This document shows positions 5,413 through 11,760 of a stretch of DNA of 11,842 bases, one piece after another. Each line of letters begins with the position of its first letter. The first letter of the stretch is position 1. The DNA lies in contig NZ_JAHDSX010000058.1 in the NCBI RefSeq assembly GCF_020969955.1, positions 1-11,842 on the forward strand, written 5' to 3'. The position numbers and the translations under genes were made by a program. Under the pieces are notes generated by a model that was not told the DNA's origin, did not search any database, and worked only from the letters and a program-made list of their open reading frames with translations. This stretch comes from Allobaculum fili. GTDB taxonomy: Bacteria; Bacillota_I; Bacilli_A; Erysipelotrichales; Erysipelotrichaceae.

Positions 5413-6652
5413 GAAGATCTACCTGCCGGACATTGTCGGAAAAGGCTATAAGACGTTCTGGAATTTCAAAGGTCGCTACCGGGTTGTCAAAGGCAGCCGA
5501 GCGTCCAAGAAGTCCAAGACGACGGCGCTCTGGTTCATCTACAACCTGATGAAGTATCCCGGATCCAACCTGCTGGTTGTCCGCAAGACGTACAGAACGC
5601 TCAAAGACAGCTGTTTTACGGATCTGCAGTGGGCCTGTCAGCGTCTGAAGTGCTCCCGCTTCTGGGAATTCAAGCTGTCGCCTCTGGAGGCCACATACAA
5701 GCCTACCGGGCAGAAGATTCTTTTCCGTGGCCTGGACGATCCGCTGAAGGTTACGTCGATCACAGTGCCTGTCGGATCTCTTTGCTGGGGATGGATCGAG
5801 GAAGCGTATGAGCTGACCAGCGAAGAAGATTTCAGCACGCTGGATGAGTCGATCCGAGGCGAACTGCCTGACGGACTCTGGAAGCAATGGACGATAACAT
5901 TCAACCCGTGGAACGAACACCATTGGCTTAAAAAGCGCTTCTTTGACGCGCCTGAGAGCGAAAACATCCTTGCCCTTACCACAAACTACCTCTGCAACGA
6001 ATGGCTGGATCAGAGCGATTTGGAGCTCTTTGAGGACATGAAAAAGCGCAACCCGAGGCGCTATGAAGTTGCTGGCCTTGGCAACTGGGGAATCGTGGAT
6101 GGTCTTGTTTATGAGAACTTCCACATTCGGGAATTCGAGATTACCGACATTGGAGACGCAGTCACCGTAAGCGGTCTGGACTTTGGTTTTACCAACGATC
6201 CAACCGCTTTTTTCGTGGGCTTCGCTGACAAGGCAAATCGAAAACTCTGGGTGTGGGATGAGATCTACGAAAAGGGCATGACCAACAGCCGGATCTATGA
6301 GCGGATCGAGGCTCTGGGGTATCGCAAGAACAGGATCATTGCCGACTGCGCAGATGCGAAGTCAATCTATGAACTGGCCAGAATGGGCCTGAAAATCAAT
6401 GGATCAAGAAAAGGCGCCGACTCCATACGAGCCGGCGTTCAGTTTATCCAGGACTACGAGATCATCATCAAGCCGCGCTGTGTGAACTTCATCACGGAGA
6501 TTCAGAACTACCAGTGGGCCAAGGACAAATTCGGCAGCTCGATCAACAAGCCGATCGATGATTTTAACCATTTGATGGACGCCATGCGCTATGCCATGGA
6601 GCCCATACAGCGCGGATCTGTGAAGGTTCGCTCGATCAAAGGAGGATTCTAA
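5402..6652 (+). CDS. terL: Terminase large subunit (PBSX / Terminase_3-type ATPase-nuclease)
   Basis: The Walker A-like motif is VVKGSRASKKSKT, and WGWIEEAYE is Walker B-like. The C-terminal nuclease block is GLDFGFTNDPTA...DDFNHLMDAMRYA. I prefer TTG5402 as the start, because AGGAGA (5388-5393) lies 8 nt upstream. The track start TTG5384 has no SD. The gene overlaps the terS stop. Confidence 0.9.
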   Translation: MKTEKIYLPDIVGKGYKTFWNFKGRYRVVKGSRASKKSKTTALWFIYNLMKYPGSNLLVVRKTYRTLKDSCFTDLQWACQRLKCSRFWEFKLSPLEATYKPTGQKILFRGLDDPLKVTSITVPVGSLCWGWIEEAYELTSEEDFSTLDESIRGELPDGLWKQWTITFNPWNEHHWLKKRFFDAPESENILALTTNYLCNEWLDQSDLELFEDMKKRNPRRYEVAGLGNWGIVDGLVYENFHIREFEITDIGDAVTVSGLDFGFTNDPTAFFVGFADKANRKLWVWDEIYEKGMTNSRIYERIEALGYRKNRIIADCADAKSIYELARMGLKINGSRKGADSIRAGVQFIQDYEIIIKPRCVNFITEIQNYQWAKDKFGSSINKPIDDFNHLMDAMRYAMEPIQRGSVKVRSIKGGF

Positions 6653-8041
6653 ATGAGTACCAAACGACCATACCAGCTTCCGGAACCTCTGATTTGCGAG
6701 ACGGATGTGAACCTTGACTATGCATTGGTCAAGCGGTTTATCGACAAGCACGCCAGCCGAATGCAGCGTTACAAGTATCTTGAAGAAATGTACAAAGGTT
6801 TCCACAGCATCTATCAGCAGCCAGATAAGCCGGACTGGAAGCCCGATAACCGGCTGGCGATCAATTACCCGCGCTACATCACAGAAACGTTTCTGGGATA
6901 CGCCTACGGCATTCCAATCAAGGAAAGCCATCCAGATGATACGGTAGCCGAAGCCATGCGCGAATTTCAGAACGAAAATGAACTGTCTGATCATGAATAC
7001 GAGCTCTTTCAGGATGTCTGCATTTATGGCCATGCTTTCGAGTACCTCTACCAGGACGAGGAAGCAAAGACCAGAATGACAGTCTGCACGCCGAAGGAGC
7101 TTTTTATCGTTTACGACGATACAGTCCGAAACAGAGCCTTGTTTGCGGTTCGCTATGCCGTTCATGAGATTGAAGGCAGCCAGGGCGAGCTTTTTGGCGA
7201 AGTGCTGACCAGAGACCAGATCATCCGCTTCGACAAAGGGAACTTTACTGAGACGCTCGACAATCCATACGGACTGATTCCGGTTGTCGAGTATCTGATG
7301 AACCGTCAGCGCCTTGGTCTGTATGAGAACGTCACCGGCCTGATCGAAGCCTATAACCGGGCAATCGGTGAAAAAGCCAACGACGTTGACGCTTTTGCAG
7401 AAGCCTATATGAAGCTGATCGGCGTGGACATCGACGATGAGGAAGTGAAGCGAATCCGTGAAAACCGGATCATCAATCTGCCAGTATATGGCGATACGAC
7501 GGGCACGCAGGTTGATTTCATGGCCAAGCCGACAGCTGACTCCACGCAGGAAAACCTGCTGGACCGTCTGGATCGGCAGATCTACCAGATCTCGATGGTG
7601 GCCAACATCAGCGATGAATCGTTTGGCAACGCAACCAGCGGAACCGCCCTGGCTTACAAGCTTCAAGCCATGAGCAATCTGGCCAGCGGTTTTGACCGCA
7701 AGATCGAAAAAAGCCTGCGCAAGCGCTACAAGATCTGGTCAACGCTTAAAACGAACGTGAGCGATGAGAACGCATGGAAGGAACTGCAGGTAACAACAAG
7801 CCGCAACCTTCCCAAGAATCGCCTGGAAGAGGCACAGACAGCCGCACAGCTGTCCGGCATCGTCTCCCATGAAACACAGCTCTCATTACTCTCGATCGTG
7901 TCGGATCCGAAGGCAGAGCTTGAGAAAATCGAACAGGAACAGGAGCCTCAGCCGCTCATGGACTTCGATTCTCACCCGTCTGTAACCTCGAAAGAGGAAG
8001 GCAGCCTGGAAGAGCCGGAGGGCGGCTATGGCCTCCAGTAA
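6653..8041 (+). CDS. Portal protein (SPP1 gp6-like family)
   Basis: The product is 462 aa. GGAGG lies 7 nt upstream. It follows terL immediately, and its N-terminal region (FIDKHASRMQRYKYLEEMYKG...NRLAINYPRYITETFLGY) is typical of SPP1-type portals. The C-terminal tail is acidic. Confidence 0.88.
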   Translation: MSTKRPYQLPEPLICETDVNLDYALVKRFIDKHASRMQRYKYLEEMYKGFHSIYQQPDKPDWKPDNRLAINYPRYITETFLGYAYGIPIKESHPDDTVAEAMREFQNENELSDHEYELFQDVCIYGHAFEYLYQDEEAKTRMTVCTPKELFIVYDDTVRNRALFAVRYAVHEIEGSQGELFGEVLTRDQIIRFDKGNFTETLDNPYGLIPVVEYLMNRQRLGLYENVTGLIEAYNRAIGEKANDVDAFAEAYMKLIGVDIDDEEVKRIRENRIINLPVYGDTTGTQVDFMAKPTADSTQENLLDRLDRQIYQISMVANISDESFGNATSGTALAYKLQAMSNLASGFDRKIEKSLRKRYKIWSTLKTNVSDENAWKELQVTTSRNLPKNRLEEAQTAAQLSGIVSHETQLSLLSIVSDPKAELEKIEQEQEPQPLMDFDSHPSVTSKEEGSLEEPEGGYGLQ

Positions 8042-9554
8042 GTACTGGTCGGAGCGTGAGGCGGACTGGACGAAGGAGTGCCAGGCAAACAATGTGCAGT
8101 GGGATCAGGAGCTGCAGGACATCTATCAGACGATGAGCGATGAAATCAGTGAACAGATTGCGGTGTTCTTTCAGAAGTACGCGGATGAAAACGGCCTGAC
8201 CTATGCCCAGGCGAAACAGTATCTGGATCGGACCGATATCAGCTACTATTCCCGTCTGGCCAAACGCTACTGTGAAGATGCAGCCAAAGACATGGCAGCG
8301 GGAACGTGGGCGCATGACGCAGCGAAAAGCTACTTCACGCAGCAGGCCAATCAAGAAATGAAGCGCTACAACACCGCCATGAAGATTGCCCGTCTGGATA
8401 TGCTCAAGCGCCAGATCAGCCTGCGGATTGCCAACGCCCAGCGCAAAGCCTGCAGCGTCGTTGAGGACGCTCTCAATGACCGCATCCTGCAGACCTACAC
8501 AAGACAGGCCGGCATTCTGGGCGATACGGTACTTACCAACCTGAAGCACGTAAGCACCATCGCTCACGCGTCCTTCCATGGAGCGACCTTCTCCGATCGG
8601 ATCTGGGGCACCCAGCAGGCGAAACTAAAAAAAGTCCTGAACAAAGCGCTTCAGGACTGTTTGATTCTGGGAAAGGGTGCGGCACCGTTCACTAGAGAGC
8701 TAAAAAAGGCAACGGGGAAAACAACCCGAGAGTGCCAGAGGCTCATTTCGACGGAGCTGAGCCGGGTAAGAGTTCAGGCATCCCTGGATTCTTTTAAGGC
8801 CTGTGGATTCGATGAGTTCCAAATCATTGCCAATCCAGACTGCTGCAAAGAATGCCAGGCAATCAACGGGGAGCACTTCCCGCTGCCAAAACTGGCATCA
8901 GGCGAGAACGCCCCGCCGATGCATCCAAACTGCCGCTGCTCCATTGCCCCGTATGAAGCCAGAGACGAAGACGGCGATAAGGACTTTGATGAGGCTGCGT
9001 TCGATGAATGGTGCGACTACATGGAGAAGCATGAGGATGACCCGAATGCGATGACATGGGAAGAGTGGAAGAGCAGAAACCGTGGTATTGAACAAGAGCG
9101 TCCTATGGCTAACGGAGCGAGACGAAGTAATACTTATATTCTCTCTGAAAAGGAAATTGAGTTTATTAAAGGAGAGGCCGAAAACATTGGCATTCCACTT
9201 GATATATTGAGCTTTAATGAGGGAAACGTAACCGGTGTAAATGAGGTTATGGGATTGATCAGAATTAGAGGAGACGTTTTACCGGACAAAAGTTCAAATA
9301 ACAATAGGGATTTGTTATCTGTGCGGGCTGTACTTGCTCACGAATATTATGGCCATTTTAAACACATCCCCTCTGAATATCCGATTGGAGATTGGAGGGA
9401 TGAGTTCAGAGCTAGTTATGAAGCGGCATTAAATGCTCCGAATTTATCCGATGAAGACCGATCTAGACTTATAATAGATGCATATGAAAGGCAGAAAGAA
9501 GCAGGTGAGTTTAATGGCTACAGCGAAGAAGCAAAGCGAATTCTCTTTGGATGA
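8028..9554 (+). CDS. Head morphogenesis / minor capsid protein (Phage_Mu_F, SPP1 gp7 family) fused to a roughly 150-aa low-GC C-terminal domain of unknown function
   Basis: The MuF signature is NPDCCKECQAINGEHFPLP...APPMHPNCRCSIAPY (about aa 265-315). An acidic linker follows. From about nt 9125 (aa ~366) the composition drops to about 35-38% GC, and the sequence contains LAHEYYGHFKH. GGAGG lies 6 nt upstream of ATG8028, which overlaps the portal gene end. Confidence 0.85.
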   Translation: MASSKYWSEREADWTKECQANNVQWDQELQDIYQTMSDEISEQIAVFFQKYADENGLTYAQAKQYLDRTDISYYSRLAKRYCEDAAKDMAAGTWAHDAAKSYFTQQANQEMKRYNTAMKIARLDMLKRQISLRIANAQRKACSVVEDALNDRILQTYTRQAGILGDTVLTNLKHVSTIAHASFHGATFSDRIWGTQQAKLKKVLNKALQDCLILGKGAAPFTRELKKATGKTTRECQRLISTELSRVRVQASLDSFKACGFDEFQIIANPDCCKECQAINGEHFPLPKLASGENAPPMHPNCRCSIAPYEARDEDGDKDFDEAAFDEWCDYMEKHEDDPNAMTWEEWKSRNRGIEQERPMANGARRSNTYILSEKEIEFIKGEAENIGIPLDILSFNEGNVTGVNEVMGLIRIRGDVLPDKSSNNNRDLLSVRAVLAHEYYGHFKHIPSEYPIGDWRDEFRASYEAALNAPNLSDEDRSRLIIDAYERQKEAGEFNGYSEEAKRILFG

Positions 9555-9708
9555 GAAAAAAGCATTGACTTATAAACTTGATCACCCGGAGGAAAAAGTT
9601 GTTTGCCCAAGATGTGGAAAACTGTTGACGTATAAACGGATCGGCAAAAGCTCTGAAGCTCGCTGTGAAACAGAAGGCTGCATTCATGGAAGCGTGAGAG
9701 GAATATGA
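9514..9708 (+). CDS. Small zinc-ribbon protein (CxxC-x16-C-x4-C). It is the first gene downstream of the MuF C-terminal domain and a candidate cognate immunity or partner protein.
   Basis: The product is 64 aa from ATG9514, with AGGTGA 5 nt upstream. It contains CPRCGKLLTYKRIGKSSEARCETEGC. It overlaps the MuF 3' end by 41 nt. The track start at 9478 is also in frame but lacks an RBS. Confidence 0.5.
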   Translation: MATAKKQSEFSLDEKKALTYKLDHPEEKVVCPRCGKLLTYKRIGKSSEARCETEGCIHGSVRGI

Positions 9709-9711
9709 ACT

Positions 9712-9739
9712 GAGATGCCATAACAGGCTCTTTGTTTTT
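9712..9739 (+). terminator. Intrinsic terminator (junction module J1)
   Basis: The stem is AGA(T)GCC / GGCTCT with a 1-nt bulge, and the loop is ATAACA. It is followed by TTTGTTTTT. The sequence TAACAGGCTCTTT (9721-9733) is identical to 10111-10123. Confidence 0.6.
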
Positions 9740-9757
9740 CCAGAAAGGGAACTTAAC

Positions 9758-10090
9758 ATGCCAAAAGATGATTACAACAGAATTTTATTCTTGATCCTGT
9801 ACGGTTTGTATGATGACCTGAGAAAAGGCAAACGGACTCAGCTAGATGAAATTTCGCCATCTGCTTTAGGAATCAGCGAATCGTATTGGCTGTCTGTGAT
9901 TGAAGATGCAGTCAATGACGGGTTCGTTAAAGGGCCAACTTTCAAGACTACCAAATTCGGTCGAGTACCCAAAGATCTTGAAGAGATGACCATCACCCGC
10001 GATGGTGTGACCTTTCTCACAGAGAATTCGAAAATGAAAAAAGTGTATGAAGTCCTGAAAGAAACGAGAGATTGGCTTCCAATTTTTTAG
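9758..10090 (+). CDS. YjcQ-like small winged-helix protein (prophage-associated family)
   Basis: The product is 110 aa. The pattern (ILFLILYGLYD...LGISESYWLSVIEDAVNDGFVKG...ITRDGVTFLTENSKMKKVYE) matches my recollection of the YjcQ/pfam09639 family. There is a weak SD (GGGA) 7 nt upstream. The region is low in GC. Confidence 0.55.
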   Translation: MPKDDYNRILFLILYGLYDDLRKGKRTQLDEISPSALGISESYWLSVIEDAVNDGFVKGPTFKTTKFGRVPKDLEEMTITRDGVTFLTENSKMKKVYEVLKETRDWLPIF

Positions 10091-10099
10091 CGAATAGTG

Positions 10100-10130
10100 A
10101 AAAGAGCCGCTAACAGGCTCTTTTTTGTTT
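10100..10130 (+). terminator. Intrinsic terminator (junction module J2)
   Basis: The stem is AAAAGAGCC (10100-10108) / GGCTCTTTT (10116-10124), the loop is GCTAACA, and a T-run follows to 10126 and then GTTT. Flanking A- and T-runs could allow bidirectional function. Confidence 0.7.
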
Positions 10131-10141
10131 GGAGGAATGAA

Positions 10142-10309
10142 ATGACGAAAGAAAAAGAAGAACAAATTTTCAATGAACTGAAAGGCATCTCTTATCTCGA
10201 TTGGGAAAAGGTTAAACGGATTATTGATATAGCCTTTCAAATGAAAATAAAAAGTGTCACGAAGACCGTGACACTCGATAGCTTTGATGCGGCAAAGAGT
10301 GAGATGTAG
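10142..10309 (+). CDS. Small hypothetical protein (55 aa)
   Basis: ATG10142 lies 6 nt after GGAGG (10131-10135). The product is MTKEKEEQIFNELKGISYLDWEKVKRIIDIAFQMKIKSVTKTVTLDSFDAAKSEM. The track start at 10097 would span the J2 terminator hairpin. The region is about 30% GC. Confidence 0.5.
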   Translation: MTKEKEEQIFNELKGISYLDWEKVKRIIDIAFQMKIKSVTKTVTLDSFDAAKSEM

Positions 10310-10312
10310 AAA

Positions 10313-10573
10313 CTACTCTTCTACGATTTGGATAAAAATAGGATTGATTCTATAGGACTTCCCCTGGTAATGAATCCAGATATAATCAAGCTCGGTAAAG
10401 GTATCATTTTTAGAGGAGTCCTTTTTTGTCCATATCTCAGCGCCTTCTTCCAACCAGATATAAGGGCTTTGCCGGTATTCGCCCATAAGACATTCTTTAT
10501 CTGCAGATAAATTAACCCAATGTCCTAATAAGCATGCGTACACATTTTTCACACACTTCTCCTTTCTAGCCAT
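10313..10573 (-). CDS. Hypothetical protein on the opposite strand (86 aa from the ATG, or 94 aa from TTG10597)
   Basis: This is the only credible minus-strand ORF in the window. It converges on the 55-aa gene, with stops 3 nt apart, around the hairpin GTAGAA-ACTACTC-TTCTAC (10306-10324). Neither start has an SD. TACAAT lies 6 nt upstream of ATG10573, so a leaderless mRNA is possible. No family was recognised. Confidence 0.4.
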   Translation of the reverse strand: MARKEKCVKNVYACLLGHWVNLSADKECLMGEYRQSPYIWLEEGAEIWTKKDSSKNDTFTELDYIWIHYQGKSYRINPIFIQIVEE

Positions 10574-10589
10574 AAGAGAATTGTATACC

Positions 10590-10611
10590 CGTCTCAATCG
10601 AGGCGTTTTTT
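10590..10611 (+). terminator. Intrinsic terminator (junction module J3)
   Basis: The stem is CGTCTC (10590-10595) / GAGGCG (10600-10605) with one G.U pair, the loop is AATC, and TTTTTT (10606-10611) follows. Confidence 0.6.
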
Positions 10612-10626
10612 GTTTGGAGGAATGAA

Positions 10627-10791
10627 ATGACTGACGTAATCGTGCTGACCGATGCGGATAAGATTTTCGGTAATATTCTGACCGGGATTATGCTCACATT
10701 CACAGTGTTTCTGCTGGTCGGCTTCATCTGCATTGGACTGAAAGTGCTGTGGAAGTTTTTCAAAATGCTCTGGGAGGATCTTAACGAATGA
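10627..10791 (+). CDS. Small single-pass membrane protein (54 aa). It is below the ORF-track length cutoff.
   Basis: ATG10627 lies 6 nt after GGAGG (10616-10620). The product is MTDVIVLTDADKIFGNILTGIMLTFTVFLLVGFICIGLKVLWKFFKMLWEDLNE, with a hydrophobic helix of about 20 residues. Its stop, TGA10789-10791, overlaps the ATG10788 start of the Prp-like gene (ATGA coupling). Confidence 0.55.
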   Translation: MTDVIVLTDADKIFGNILTGIMLTFTVFLLVGFICIGLKVLWKFFKMLWEDLNE

Positions 10792-11090
10792 TCATGATCG
10801 ACACAGATCTGAAGACAGACATTCAGATTAAAGGCCATGCAGGCTATGCACCGGCCGGATCCGATATCGTCTGTGCGGCTGTCTCGATTTTATATGAGAC
10901 GCTGAAAAGAATGCTTCGACCGGGACTGGATGGAACCGTAATAGAAGACGAAAACGGGATCAGAATTGAAATCAATCCGGATCTGGGCACCTGGGGAAGA
11001 GTTTCCCTGAATTACTTCATTACCGGGATTCAGATGCTGGAGAGGGAGTACCCCAAACATGTTCAACTGAAGATTGGGCGAGCGAATTAA
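10788..11090 (+). CDS. prp: Prp-like cysteine protease (ribosomal-processing cysteine protease / DUF464 family). It is the predicted phage-encoded capsid and scaffold propeptide protease.
   Basis: The product is 100 aa. The hallmark IKGHAGYAPAGSDIVCAAVS carries the His...Cys catalytic dyad spacing of Prp. The gene lies directly upstream of a scaffold gene and a capsid gene that both begin with L27-like LQRFA propeptides. Confidence 0.8.
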   Translation: MIMIDTDLKTDIQIKGHAGYAPAGSDIVCAAVSILYETLKRMLRPGLDGTVIEDENGIRIEINPDLGTWGRVSLNYFITGIQMLEREYPKHVQLKIGRAN

Positions 11091-11101
11091 GCTCGCTTTT
11101 T
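11078..11101 (+). terminator. Intrinsic terminator overlapping the stop codon of the prp-like gene
   Basis: The stem is GCGAGC (11078-11083) / GCTCGC (11091-11096), the loop is GAATTAA (containing the TAA stop), and TTTTT (11097-11101) follows. Confidence 0.65.
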
Positions 11102-11179
11102 CTATGCCCAGGCAGGGACGGCATTAAAAGCTCTGGAAGGATCGTCCGACATGACGTTAAACCGGGGGGAATAAAGGAA

Positions 11180-11752
11180 ATGGAAAAACTGAATCTTCAG
11201 CGTTTCGCTGATGAAGCAGAAAACGCCCAGGCGCCAGACCAGGGCAAACCGGCGGAAGAGACTAAAGATCCTTCTGCCGCAAAATACTCAGACGCAGATC
11301 TGGACAAGATCATCAGCGCCAAGTTCGCCAAGTGGGCAGCCGATCGGGATAAAGCCGTAGAGGACGCCCGCAAGGAAGGCGAAAAGCTGGCCAAGATGAA
11401 TGCCGACCAGAAGAAAGCGTATGAGCTGGAACAGGCTCAAAAAGAGGCCCAGAGCCTCAAAGAACAGGTGGCCAAACTGGAGCAGGCACAGAAGCAGGCA
11501 GAGCTGAGAAAGAGCGCTGCAGAGATCTTTTCCCAGAACTACAAGCTGACCGTCACAAACGATGTTCTGGATTTCGTTGTCGGTAAAGATGCCGAAGAAA
11601 CCAATGCGAATATTCAGAAGATGGCGGCACTGCTCCAGGCAGAAAGACAGGCAGGCGAAAAGGCAAGAGCGACTGGATCTACGCCTTTTGGAACATCCAT
11701 CAATCACGAGCCCGCCAGTCCGTTCCAGAAGAAACTGGACAAATGGAAATAG
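11180..11752 (+). CDS. Capsid scaffolding protein (GP20/DUF4355-like coiled-coil) with an N-terminal Prp-cleavage propeptide
   Basis: The product is 190 aa. It is Ala/Glu/Lys/Gln-rich with predicted coiled-coil character (KEAQSLKEQVAKLEQAQKQAELRK). The N-terminus is MEKLNLQRFA|DEA. It sits between the protease and capsid genes. Confidence 0.8.
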   Translation: MEKLNLQRFADEAENAQAPDQGKPAEETKDPSAAKYSDADLDKIISAKFAKWAADRDKAVEDARKEGEKLAKMNADQKKAYELEQAQKEAQSLKEQVAKLEQAQKQAELRKSAAEIFSQNYKLTVTNDVLDFVVGKDAEETNANIQKMAALLQAERQAGEKARATGSTPFGTSINHEPASPFQKKLDKWK

Positions 11753-11760
11753 GAGGAACC

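Noticed and set aside
5372-8579. Long minus-strand ORFs at 5372-6124 (250 aa), 6404-7666 (420 aa) and 7956-8579 (207 aa). The same applies to the minus-strand ORFs between 159 and 1698.
   Set aside because: They lie entirely antisense to strongly supported terL, portal, MuF and VirE genes. Their composition is low-complexity and Arg/Leu/Val-rich, typical of shadow ORFs in GC-rich coding DNA. They have no RBS.
9338-9355. Calling the MuF C-terminal domain a zincin (HExxH) metalloprotease
   Set aside because: The motif is HEYYGH, that is H-E-x-x-x-H with an extra residue relative to HExxH. Without a profile or structure match the assignment would be over-interpretation, so I kept it only as a tentative note.
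9551-9568. An ATGA-overlap start (ATG9551) for the gene downstream of MuF
   Set aside because: That frame reads MRKKH and then stops. The Zn-ribbon ORF is in a different frame, with ATG9514 as its best start.
10328-10510. A 60-aa + strand ORF antisense to the 10313-10573 minus-strand ORF
   Set aside because: It has a TTG start without an RBS. It is shorter than the opposite-strand ORF and has a hydrophobic, low-information translation. I consider the minus-strand ORF more protein-like, although neither is proven.
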